Position numbers and translations under genes: made by a program. Positions 10,037-18,638 of a stretch of DNA of 64,000 nucleotides are shown one piece after another. Below the pieces are notes generated by a model. It had not been told where the DNA came from, ran no database searches, and worked only from the letters and a program-made list of their open reading frames with translations. This DNA comes from an uncultured Planctomycetia bacterium (lineage in GTDB: Bacteria > Omnitrophota > Gorgyraeia > Duberdicusellales > 4484-171), in NCBI GenBank assembly GCA_964489445.1, contig CAZAYU010000003.1, positions 65,172 to 129,171 of the forward strand, written 5' to 3'. The first letter of the stretch is position 1. Each line of letters opens with the position of its first letter.

Positions 10037-11181
10037 ATAGTCTCTTTATTTTTTGGACGTCTTTGCTGTTAATAAGTTATGTCTATGGAGGGTATCTAGG
10101 GCTAAGTATTTTTTTAGGATGGTTATTTTCGAAGCCGGTTAAACAGGAAGATATATTCCCAAAGATTACCTTATTAATAGCGGCATTTAATGAACAAGGA
10201 GTTATTAAGGAAAAGCTAGACAATTCTTTAAAGCTAGATTATCCCGAAGATAAGATAGAAATAGTAGTTTGTTCGGAGTCTAGCGATCAAACGAACAAGA
10301 TAGTTAGCGAGTATGCATCGTGCGGGGTTAAGCTTTTTTCTTATCAAAAAAGACAAGGGAAAAGCGCAATGATCTATAAAACTATATCTAAAATTTCTGG
10401 AGAAATAATAGTATTTTCGGATGCGAATGCCATATATGAAGAGGATGCGCTAAAAAAAATAAGCAGGAATTTTACTGAAAAAAACATTGGGGCGGTGGTA
10501 GGTAGACTAAACATTATTAATCCGGAAGAGTCAGCGGTTAGCCAAGGGGAATCGCTATACAAAAAATATGAAGCGTTGCTACGCAAAAGCAATTCTCAAA
10601 TGAGATCGGTGCTAGGTGTTGACGGGTCAATGTTTGCGATCCGGAGAAGCGTCTATCTTCCGATAAGTGCAGACAGAGGCGATGACTTTGAATTAGCAGT
10701 AAGGATTTTAATTAAAGGTTTTGGCGTTGTGTTTGAGCCGGAAGCGATATCGTATGAGAAAGGTTCTGTTCGCGAATTTTCGGAAGTTAAAAGAAAAGTT
10801 AGGATTGTTTCTTGGTTTTTAAAAAGTTCGTTTATTTTACTTAAAGAAATGGTAGTTTCTTTTAAGGGAAAATTAATCTTTCAGCTGATTTCTCATAAAA
10901 TATTGAGGTGGTTTTCTCCGTTTTTCTTTATTTCTTTACTGGTATCGTCTTTTTTTCTTCAAAGAATTAATTTTTTTTATGGAGCAGCGTTCTATAGCCA
11001 GATTATTTTTTATTTATTCGGTTTGGTTGGTTGGGGGTTGTCTGGAAAAACTAACAGAAAAATCCCTGGCATCTTAAAGATCCCTGTATATTTTTTAGTA
11101 TTTAACTATGCTTTTATCGTCGGAGTATTCCAAGGGTTATTTAGGAAGCAGAAACCATTTTGGGAAACGTCTCAACGGTAG
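10033..11181 (+). CDS. Glycosyltransferase family 2 (IcaA/CesA-like, membrane anchored)
   Basis: LLIAAFNE, FSDAN, GDDF, SHKILRW; N- and C-terminal TM helices. Confidence 0.88.
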   Translation: MNSLFIFWTSLLLISYVYGGYLGLSIFLGWLFSKPVKQEDIFPKITLLIAAFNEQGVIKEKLDNSLKLDYPEDKIEIVVCSESSDQTNKIVSEYASCGVKLFSYQKRQGKSAMIYKTISKISGEIIVFSDANAIYEEDALKKISRNFTEKNIGAVVGRLNIINPEESAVSQGESLYKKYEALLRKSNSQMRSVLGVDGSMFAIRRSVYLPISADRGDDFELAVRILIKGFGVVFEPEAISYEKGSVREFSEVKRKVRIVSWFLKSSFILLKEMVVSFKGKLIFQLISHKILRWFSPFFFISLLVSSFFLQRINFFYGAAFYSQIIFYLFGLVGWGLSGKTNRKIPGILKIPVYFLVFNYAFIVGVFQGLFRKQKPFWETSQR

Positions 11182-11896
11182 CAGCGGGAGAAAAAAAAAT
11201 TTTAGGGAGAATAGTTCTAATAATTATTTTAAAATCAAACCAAAGTGACCAACGCTTAATATAAAAAATATCACACAAAACCCTTTTCTTAATGGCCATG
11301 TTACTTCCTCGGTATCCATTTATTTGGGCCCACCCAGTCAATCCAGGCTTAATCCTGTGGCGGAATTCGTATTCAGCGATAGATTTTTTAAATTTATTTA
11401 CAAAGTAAGGTCTTTCTGGGCGAGGCCCCACTAAGCTCATGTCTCTTTTTAGGATGTTGATCAGCTGAGGTAATTCGTCCAAATGAGAAGTACGTAACAA
11501 CTGGCCAATTCTTGTGCATTGCGAATTATCTTCGCTGGGCCACATTGGGCCAGAGCAATTTTCGCTATTTTCTGGCATAGTTCGAAACTTATATATCCAA
11601 AAAGAGCTTCCATTTTCCTTACATCTTTTTTGACGGTAGAATATTTTTCCGGGGTAGTTTATTTTTATCATTAAAGAGATTAAAATAAATAGAGGGGAGA
11701 GAAAAAACAGGCCGACAGCAGAGAGGATAATATCTATTGTTGGTTTTATGAATTTGTAAGAAAAGCCGTCGATGCTTCTGCGCGTTGTCTGGCAATTTTT
11801 CGGTTTTATCTTTGACAGACAGAAAGTAGGAGGGGAAGATTTACGAACAGATGAATATTGATCTTCGGATATTGAGTTGTATTTACAGTTTTTCAT
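11141..11896 (-). CDS. Priming undecaprenyl-phosphate sugar phosphotransferase (Bac_transf)
   Basis: YKFRTM, LDELPQLINIL, MSLVGPRPE, KPGLTGWAQING motifs. Confidence 0.93.
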   Translation of the reverse strand: MKNCKYNSISEDQYSSVRKSSPPTFCLSKIKPKNCQTTRRSIDGFSYKFIKPTIDIILSAVGLFFLSPLFILISLMIKINYPGKIFYRQKRCKENGSSFWIYKFRTMPENSENCSGPMWPSEDNSQCTRIGQLLRTSHLDELPQLINILKRDMSLVGPRPERPYFVNKFKKSIAEYEFRHRIKPGLTGWAQINGYRGSNMAIKKRVLCDIFYIKRWSLWFDFKIIIRTILPKIFFSPAATVETFPKMVSAS

Positions 11897-11928
11897 TTAA
11901 AAATAATACTTAACTGGTGCTAAATAGA

Positions 11929-13620
11929 TTATACTTTTGAAAGGCGAGAGCAGCATTGCATAAGATAATCCTTGTCTCTCGGCTTTATTCTCGTGAATTT
12001 TATTCCAGAGTTAAATGGTCCTCGACCATTTTCCAGCAAAGAAACCTCGTGAGACCAGATTACTTTACCCTTAGCTATTATCGAGGTTCCGTTAATAGCT
12101 TGTATTTCTAAATTAAGAATATCTTTCGTGTTCGGCTTATGCTCGCTACTAAAGCTTAATCCGGAATTACTAAAGTTAAGGCTAAAAGCTTGATATTTAA
12201 TATAAGGTTCTTTTAAGTGACTATATATTATATCAGTGGATAAAGGAAATCGTAAATTGTTTCTTAATTCTTTTCTCTGTTTATTTTTCTTAGCTGATCG
12301 AGGACTATCAGGTAAACTTATTGCAAAGGAACAACCTAAAGCAAAACCGGCAAAGAGCCCTAAAAGCATGTTCAGTGGAAGGTTTGGTCTTAAGGGATGC
12401 AAAGGTATTTGCGGTGGATCAATAATTTTAATTTTTGATGTATTGTTTATTCGGGAAATCAAAATTTGTAAATTAATTTTTTTACTCAAGAGGTCTTCGT
12501 AGATTCTCCTTTGGATGCTAAGATTGCTTAACATGCTAGATAATTTTGGTTGACTGGCGAGAGTCTTTTTGAGAGTTTTTGCGTAATTGTCATTTGATTC
12601 GGAAAGCACTTTTCGTTTGCTCTCTAGTGATTTTTTTTCTAAGCTGTATGATTCAATTTCGGAATCAATTATTTTAGTTTTTTCGTTTTCCAGTGTATTT
12701 TCTATCTCACGGATATTTTTGTAGGCGTTGATTACTTCTGGATGAAAAGAGGTATATTCGGTTGTAAGATTAGACAGAGAAATTTCTGCTGCTTGCAGCT
12801 TAGATTGAAGATTGTTAATTGTTTGGTTATTTGTAATAAATGGAAGTGATAAACTATTGATGCCGCTGGTAGCCAACTCTTTGCTTACCGCAGCCGCCTT
12901 AGTATTAACTTTTTGGATTTCAGAATCAACATCAATTAAGGATGAATCAAAACTAGCAAATCTTTTTAAATTAAGCACTATCTCTGTTTCTGGCAAGATA
13001 AATACCCCTTCTTTCTTTATGTACTCTTCAAGTTCTTTTTCAGCCTCAAGAATGGTGTTCAGCGTTGATTGCATAGTGCTGTCGATTGCCAAAAAAGAAT
13101 TATTAAGGGATATTTCTTGAGCAGTATTTATTGAATTGCTATAAGCAGAAATTAACGCAGTAGACAAAGATTTTGCTAGTGAGGGATCGGTATTCTCTAT
13201 TTTTAATTCTAAGATATTAGTTTTGTTTATTGGCACAGAAGATATGGTTTTTTGGAGGCGCTCTATATCGATAAAGTCTTTATCGCTTTGTTCTAGCAAA
13301 CGGGATGCAAGAATCTTGCTTTCTAGCGCTTTAGAAATGTTTGTTCTGCTTTTAATTATTTCTGCTTGGTCTTGTAAGAATTCTTCATTTTTTTTGTACG
13401 AAGGGGTGGTTTCTGAAGGGTTAAGGCTTTCTTCTTTTAGCATTATTTTACTATTTGTCTGATAAACAGGTTTGATGAGTAGCGTAGAAATAAAAACAAC
13501 GGAAAGGGTAGTAAATGTAAGTATAAATACTATACCCTTTTTTTCCCATAGTATTTGCCCGGCAGTCTTGGGAGAGGTTTTCATTTCAAGTAATGTTAAA
13601 TCGTTATTTGTTGGTTCCAT
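11929..13620 (-). CDS. Polysaccharide co-polymerase (Wzz/GumC/Wzc N-terminal type) fused to a C-terminal PilZ domain
   Basis: TM1, PVYQ, long coiled coil, IIDPP..PLHPLRP, TM2, then RNNLR (RxxxR), NFSNSG (D/NxSxxG), GKVIW, GIKF; no Walker A. Confidence 0.85.
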   Translation of the reverse strand: MEPTNNDLTLLEMKTSPKTAGQILWEKKGIVFILTFTTLSVVFISTLLIKPVYQTNSKIMLKEESLNPSETTPSYKKNEEFLQDQAEIIKSRTNISKALESKILASRLLEQSDKDFIDIERLQKTISSVPINKTNILELKIENTDPSLAKSLSTALISAYSNSINTAQEISLNNSFLAIDSTMQSTLNTILEAEKELEEYIKKEGVFILPETEIVLNLKRFASFDSSLIDVDSEIQKVNTKAAAVSKELATSGINSLSLPFITNNQTINNLQSKLQAAEISLSNLTTEYTSFHPEVINAYKNIREIENTLENEKTKIIDSEIESYSLEKKSLESKRKVLSESNDNYAKTLKKTLASQPKLSSMLSNLSIQRRIYEDLLSKKINLQILISRINNTSKIKIIDPPQIPLHPLRPNLPLNMLLGLFAGFALGCSFAISLPDSPRSAKKNKQRKELRNNLRFPLSTDIIYSHLKEPYIKYQAFSLNFSNSGLSFSSEHKPNTKDILNLEIQAINGTSIIAKGKVIWSHEVSLLENGRGPFNSGIKFTRIKPRDKDYLMQCCSRLSKV

Positions 13621-13628
13621 ATTAGTAT

Positions 13629-14417
13629 TTATTCTGAATCCGCTAAATTTTCAATCGCTTCTACGTGACGATAGTTTATATAGGTATCAGCAAGTGGTTT
13701 TATGTTATCGTTAAAAAAAGATAAAAAATCTTTTATTTTCCCGACAAATTTTTTAGGAACAAAAACTATATCCCCTGCTTTTAGCGGGATATCTTCCTTG
13801 AGGTCTCCCTTTGATATAACATTTAAAAGGTTAGCAGACAGTATTTTTGGGCTATCCGAGTAAGCTTTACGGATAACCAGCACACTTCTTAAATGCGCAA
13901 ATTCTTTATACCCTTCAGCTGTAGCTAAGGCTTCCAGGACAGTTAATGGTCGGGACATTCTGTATATTCCTGGACGTTTTACTTCTCCTAGTATTAGAAT
14001 TCGTTGACTGCCAAAACCACTGACAATAATGGACACTTGAGGATCTTTTATATATTTGGCTAATCTTAAAGAAACCTCGTTTTTTAATTGTTCCGGCAGC
14101 ATATCTACTGCTTTGATTTCTCCGGCAAGAGGAAGAGACAGCCAGCCATCAGGGCGAATAGTGACTTCCTTGTTCAAATCTTCATTGCGCCAAACAGATA
14201 CTTCAATTTTATCTCCAACTCCTAAAATATATTGGGCGTTATCAAATTCTGCTCCAAAAGAAGGATTCACTAGTAAAGAAAGAAAACAAGTAAGTAGAAG
14301 CAGAGTAAATTTCAAATAAAATCTTGCTAAGTAATGATTAGTGTAAAGAGTAGACGTATTGCTTAAGTTACTACTATCCAAGTGTTTACAAATATATTTT
14401 TTGTTTGTATGAGTCAT
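13629..14417 (-). CDS. wza: Polysaccharide export protein (Wza/Poly_export plus SLBB)
   Basis: YILGVGD, VTIRPDGWLSLPLAGEI, GEVKRPG, LKAGDIVFVP; start moved to 14417 (GAGG upstream) because the longer ORF overlaps the tRNA. Confidence 0.85.
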   Translation of the reverse strand: MTHTNKKYICKHLDSSNLSNTSTLYTNHYLARFYLKFTLLLLTCFLSLLVNPSFGAEFDNAQYILGVGDKIEVSVWRNEDLNKEVTIRPDGWLSLPLAGEIKAVDMLPEQLKNEVSLRLAKYIKDPQVSIIVSGFGSQRILILGEVKRPGIYRMSRPLTVLEALATAEGYKEFAHLRSVLVIRKAYSDSPKILSANLLNVISKGDLKEDIPLKAGDIVFVPKKFVGKIKDFLSFFNDNIKPLADTYINYRHVEAIENLADSE

Positions 14418-14647
14418 AATAGTGTTATTTTCCTCGAAAAAGCTTATCATTGAATATACCATATTGCTGGAGGAATAGTCAATGTAGATAGCAATAAGTT
14501 TTGTAAACGTTTCCATCAAAAAGGCCTTATTGATGGCAGATTTCTTATCAGCGTGTATTTTTTCTTGGGTATTTTTAGAGAAAATGGTATAATTAGTCCC
14601 AATATTAGCGCTATTGATTAAAGCAGAAAGCGAATATTCTCTGAAAT

Positions 14648-14721
14648 GGCGGTGTAGCTCAGCCTGGCAGAGCAAACGGCTCATACCCGTTATGTCGGTG
14701 GTTCAAGTCCACTCGCCGCCA
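14648..14721 (+). tRNA. tRNA-Met (CAT), elongator type; CCA not encoded
   Basis: Acceptor stem GGCGGTG/CGCCGCC plus A, D arm TAGCTCAGCCTGGCAGAGC, anticodon arm AACGG-CTCATAC-CCGTT, T loop GGTTCAAGTCC; the G1-C72 pair argues against the initiator. Confidence 0.95.
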
Positions 14722-14832
14722 TTTATATTGTTAATCTAAGGCAGCGAGAAATAGACAAAAGCATTTCTTTAAGACTTAGCTTCTTGGATACAATAGCCTT
14801 CGGCAATCTCGACTGTGCCGAGATATTGTATA

Positions 14833-14851
14833 CAAGTCCACTCGCCGCCAT
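14833..14851 (+). repeat. Exact 19-bp direct repeat of the tRNA-Met 3' end (copy of 14704-14722)
   Basis: CAAGTCCACTCGCCGCCAT occurs at 14704 and 14833. Confidence 0.92.
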
Positions 14852-14936
14852 AAAATAAAAAAATAAATAGCCACTAAGCTAAAATCATTTTCTATTATTG
14901 TAAATAAGTGATTATATTTTTTTATTCTATTCATTT

Positions 14937-15788
14937 ATGAGTAATAAAAATAAAATGAATGATGATCCTACTGCTTCTTTGGTAATGAAATGGGCGGAGC
15001 AGCTATATCTAAAAGGAGCTGCTCAACGTTTTATGAAAAGTATTGATTTATCAGCAGGAAATGATATCTACGAAAAATGCGCCAAAGTGTGCAAGTGGTA
15101 TCAGCAGGTTATTATAAATCGAAAATATTTAATAAAACAGTTAATAGAGAAAGAATTTAAGTATAGCGATCCGGTGCAACTAATTATTTGTGGATCGGGA
15201 AAGACGCCTTTGGCTTTAGAATTGCTTGAGGAGTATGAGGATAATATCTATCGTGTATTTGAACTGGATAAGCATTGTCTGCGGGAGAAAAAAGAAATCT
15301 ATAAAGCTGTAGCCCCGGAGTTAGTTAAAAAAATAAGGTTCATAAAACTGGATATAATCACAGAGAATGTATTGAACATTTTAAGGAAACCTAAGAATGA
15401 ATTTCAAGAGAAGGCAAAAACAATTATTCTCTTGGAAGGGGTAAGTTATTATCTTGCAAAAAAAGAGTTAAGAAAAATCATTCAATGTTTTTCTGGTGCA
15501 AGCCAAAAGAGCGTTTTTATTATTGAGTATCTTTTGCCTCAACATTGCATTAATATTCAAAGACGTAAGATTGTTTCGGAAATATTCAACACGGTTAAAC
15601 AAAGCTTAATGATCAAAGACCTAACATGCTATACACATTGTGAATTGAGGGATACTTTCAAACAGTTTAAAGGTACTTTAAAAGGGCACTATTCAATGAG
15701 ATATATGGAGCAGCAAAGGTTAGGAAAGAATATATATTTTAATACCAACCAAAGCTGGTGGATTGAAATTGTTTGCGGTGATTGTTAG
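14937..15788 (+). CDS. SAM-dependent methyltransferase (leucine carboxyl methyltransferase-like)
   Basis: IICGSG, VFELD, IKLDI, ILLEGVSYYL pattern of the LCM family. Confidence 0.7.
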   Translation: MSNKNKMNDDPTASLVMKWAEQLYLKGAAQRFMKSIDLSAGNDIYEKCAKVCKWYQQVIINRKYLIKQLIEKEFKYSDPVQLIICGSGKTPLALELLEEYEDNIYRVFELDKHCLREKKEIYKAVAPELVKKIRFIKLDIITENVLNILRKPKNEFQEKAKTIILLEGVSYYLAKKELRKIIQCFSGASQKSVFIIEYLLPQHCINIQRRKIVSEIFNTVKQSLMIKDLTCYTHCELRDTFKQFKGTLKGHYSMRYMEQQRLGKNIYFNTNQSWWIEIVCGDC

Positions 15789-15892
15789 AATTAAAAGATT
15801 TGATGCAAATGTTTGGTGCAGGAAGTGGCACAGGCGTTTATTTTTTTAATCTTTGTGATATACTATTTTCAAGAAAGAGAAGGAGAAATATT

Positions 15893-16159
15893 ATGAAGTG
15901 TCCCAAATGTGATAGTGAAAAATTAATAAAAGGTAAAGTATTTAACCAAGTAGATTATATTTCTCCGGAAGCTTTTTTTCGTCCCAAAGAATTAAAACCG
16001 TTTTCATTGTTCGGGATACATGCCCGGATTAACAAAAATGATTTCTTAGCGTGTACGCAATGCGGGCATCTTTGGGCAGACGTAGATCCTCAGAAGCTGG
16101 TCAGAGTGATAAAGGAAAATTGTCAAAGTAACACAAAAAAGCGTTTAGGCATAGATTAA
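15893..16159 (+). CDS. Small zinc-ribbon protein
   Basis: MKCPKC ... CTQCG; AGGAG upstream of ATG 15893. Confidence 0.7.
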   Translation: MKCPKCDSEKLIKGKVFNQVDYISPEAFFRPKELKPFSLFGIHARINKNDFLACTQCGHLWADVDPQKLVRVIKENCQSNTKKRLGID

Positions 16160-16249
16160 AGTTTTAAAATAGCATAAAGAATCGCAAGCAATAGGCGATT
16201 GGCGAAAATCGTGAAAGTATTGTTTAGAAGGCAGATTTAAAAAGTGGTT

Positions 16250-16447
16250 ATGGAGTGTCAAAAAGAAGAAAATAAAAAAAGGTGTAATTGCAGCTATGAG
16301 CCTTGTTCTCGTAAAGGTGTTTGCTGCGAATGCGTTAGCTATCATTTGAAAATGAAACAAATTCCTGCTTGCTTTTTCCCGGATAATGTTGAAAAAGAAT
16401 ACGATCGGTCAATAGAAAATTTTATTAGAACTTATCAGAAAAAATAA
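16250..16447 (+). CDS. Small cysteine-rich protein (DUF6485-like)
   Basis: [21 protein letters not shown]...PACFF...YDRS pattern. Confidence 0.75.
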   Translation: MECQKEENKKRCNCSYEPCSRKGVCCECVSYHLKMKQIPACFFPDNVEKEYDRSIENFIRTYQKK

Positions 16448-16589
16448 AGCTTTCAAGTATTGGTTTACCCGCCTTACCTTATTTCAAGATGGTTTTTAAA
16501 AAAACAGGAAGTGATAAGATTTTTGTTGGTAAGTGTATGGTGGATTAGTAAATCTTTAATAAGCGCGTTTAGGAAAAAAGAGGTGGCAT

Positions 16590-16862
16590 ATGGAAATAGT
16601 GATTAAGAAACTTAGTAAAAGTGAACTAGATAACCTAGGTGTGGGAAAATGGCCAATCTGGGAAAAAGAAAAAGGTAGTTTTAATTGGCACTATGCAAAA
16701 CAGGAAACTTGTTATTTTTTAGAAGGAAAGGCAGAGATAGAAATTTCCGGCAGCGCTAAAGTAAAGATTCAAAAAGGTGATTTAGTGGTCTTCCCCGCAA
16801 ACTTAAGTTGCCTGTGGCATATACAAGATAAAGTAAAGAAGCACTACAAGTTTGAGAAATGA
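16590..16862 (+). CDS. Cupin domain protein (DUF861-like)
   Basis: WPIWEKE..F.WHY...ETCYFLEG...GDLVVFP...W...KHY; GAGGTG RBS. Confidence 0.88.
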   Translation: MEIVIKKLSKSELDNLGVGKWPIWEKEKGSFNWHYAKQETCYFLEGKAEIEISGSAKVKIQKGDLVVFPANLSCLWHIQDKVKKHYKFEK

Positions 16863-16872
16863 ACTTAAAAAA

Positions 16873-17034
16873 CTATTCTTTATGAGTTTTATTTTGCTTT
16901 TTTAAGAAATGTTTTGCTAACTGGGTTAATGGCTCACAGGGCGAATCTTTATCTAAGTGATTTTTCACCTTTTTTTTCGCTTTTTTAATTTTTCGTCTGT
17001 GAATTTTTTTTAGTTCGCTTTTTGGTCTTCCCAT
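16873..17034 (-). CDS. Unannotated 53-aa Lys/Arg-rich protein
   Basis: Translated by hand: MGRPKSELKKIHRRKIKKAKKKVKNHLDKDSPCEPLTQLAKHFLKKQNKTHKE*; AGGAG RBS and TTGACA-18-TAATCT upstream. Confidence 0.7.
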   Translation of the reverse strand: MGRPKSELKKIHRRKIKKAKKKVKNHLDKDSPCEPLTQLAKHFLKKQNKTHKE

Positions 17035-17075
17035 ATATTCTCCTAGTATCGGGTTTAATAAAATATCATCTGTAA

Positions 17076-17105
17076 AGATTATTAGTGTAATTAGGTTTTT
17101 GTCAA
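17076..17105 (-). promoter_or_regulatory. Putative sigma70 promoter of the small basic ORF
   Basis: Minus strand TTGACA (17105-17100), 18 nt, TAATCT (17081-17076). Confidence 0.5.
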
Positions 17106-17179
17106 GCCATTTCTTGTTAGTTCTTTTGCAATCTCTCTAAAAACAAGGGCAGGGTATAAAATAATAACCCACAAAAATA

Positions 17180-17207
17180 TTGCGAACTAGCCCATGAATG
17201 ATATAAT
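17180..17207 (+). promoter_or_regulatory. Putative sigma70 promoter with extended -10
   Basis: TTGCGA-16-TATAAT with TGn immediately before the -10. Confidence 0.55.
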
Positions 17208-17295
17208 TAATGCGACATTTTGTTTGTGGCATCTAAGAAAAAGGGCTTAATGGAAAAGGCAATTAGCAAGCACTTAAAATGAGGATTAGGTAAGT

Positions 17296-17745
17296 ATGGG
17301 TAACTTTTGGGGGGAGCTTTCACGAAATAAGACATTTTGGGTTGTTATTTTAAGCGGAGTTTTTGCTCAGGTAATAAAAATAGTCTTAGGGGCAATAAAA
17401 GAAAGAAGGTTTAATTTTTATTGGCTGCTGGGAACCGGAGGAATGCCATCATCGCATAGCGCAGCAGTGACTTCTTTTGCTATTTGTATGGGAAAAGAGT
17501 ATGGATTTTATTCACCGTTGTTTGCGCTGGGAACATTATTTGCTTTAATTACCATGTTTGATGCACAAACCTGGAGGCGTTCAATTGGCTTTCAGGCGAA
17601 AGTGTTGAATAGGATAGTGGAAGATTTACAGGAAAGGAAAAAAATAAAAGAAGACCGGCTGAAAGAATTAGTTGGGCATACTCCAGTAGAAGTTCTTTTA
17701 GGAGCATTACTGGGGGCAGCAATTACGTTTTTGTTTTATCCTTGA
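17296..17745 (+). CDS. Divergent PAP2 family protein (DUF212)
   Basis: GGMPSSHSA, MFDA..RR..G.QA, LKELVGHTP.EV motifs. Confidence 0.92.
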   Translation: MGNFWGELSRNKTFWVVILSGVFAQVIKIVLGAIKERRFNFYWLLGTGGMPSSHSAAVTSFAICMGKEYGFYSPLFALGTLFALITMFDAQTWRRSIGFQAKVLNRIVEDLQERKKIKEDRLKELVGHTPVEVLLGALLGAAITFLFYP

Positions 17746-17773
17746 AGGTAATTATTTAAAACCAGGGAGAGTT

Positions 17774-18601
17774 ATGAAAAGGAATCAAATCTTTATTCTT
17801 TTAGGGGCAATACTTTTTGTGGTTTTAATCGCAGTGGGATTGTTGCCGAAAAATGAAAAAAAAGAAAAAGAAATTTTTATAAAATTGTCTACTAAAGAAG
17901 CAGAAATTGCTTTTGACAATGGCGAGCTTATTAAATCAAAACAATTGTATCAAAAAGCGATTGAGGAGGAACAGGATTTAGAAAACTTAAAAAAGATGCA
18001 AAAGGCTATCCAAGATATAAATATGGAAATTATTTTTTCTTCCTGTATTGACGAATGTAGCAAAATGTACGTTGTAAAACCCAATGATTTTTTAGGGAGA
18101 ATTGCTAAACGATTTGGCACAACTGTAGGATTAATTAAAAAATCTAATGGTTTAAAGTCAGATATTATTCGTCCAGGGCAAAAACTAAAAATTAGTATTT
18201 GTAAGTTTTCGATTTTAGTAGATAAATCGCAAAATTTATTGTTCTTAAAAAGCAACGAAGAAATACTTAAAACTTACCTTGTATCTACCGGAAAAGACAA
18301 CACCACTCCAATAGGGACATTTAAAATAAATCGAAATAAACTTAAAAACCCTACATGGCATAAAACAGGTGCAATTATTCCTCCGGATAGCCCGGATAAT
18401 ATTCTAGGGTCAAGGTGGATGGGAATTTCTGGAATAGATAGCAATGGAGCAGAAATTGTTGGCTACGGAATACATGGGACTACTAAACCTAAAGAATTGG
18501 GACAGCAAGTTACTTTAGGTTGTGTTCGAATGGAAAATAAAGATGTTGAGGAGTTGTTTGATATTATTCCGATAGGAGCAGAGGTTGTTATTATTGATTA
18601 A
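17774..18601 (+). CDS. L,D-transpeptidase (YkuD) with LysM domain
   Basis: N-terminal TM; LysM (YVVKPND.L..IA...N....IRPGQKL); YGIHGT...TLGCVRM catalytic motif. Confidence 0.93.
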   Translation: MKRNQIFILLGAILFVVLIAVGLLPKNEKKEKEIFIKLSTKEAEIAFDNGELIKSKQLYQKAIEEEQDLENLKKMQKAIQDINMEIIFSSCIDECSKMYVVKPNDFLGRIAKRFGTTVGLIKKSNGLKSDIIRPGQKLKISICKFSILVDKSQNLLFLKSNEEILKTYLVSTGKDNTTPIGTFKINRNKLKNPTWHKTGAIIPPDSPDNILGSRWMGISGIDSNGAEIVGYGIHGTTKPKELGQQVTLGCVRMENKDVEELFDIIPIGAEVVIID

Positions 18602-18638
18602 AATGTAAAAAATAATTACCAAAAAATTAGAGGACATA

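Noticed and set aside
11141-11200. 41-bp convergent overlap and poly-A tract as a phase-variation site
   Set aside because: The tract lies after the conserved domain near the C-terminus and homopolymers are common throughout the window
14418-14684. N-terminal extension of the wza ORF given in the track
   Set aside because: It overlaps tRNA-Met on the opposite strand; a better start with an RBS exists at 14417
14722-16862. Genomic island integrated at tRNA-Met
   Set aside because: The two att-like repeats are only 129 bp apart and do not flank these genes; no integrase or third copy was seen
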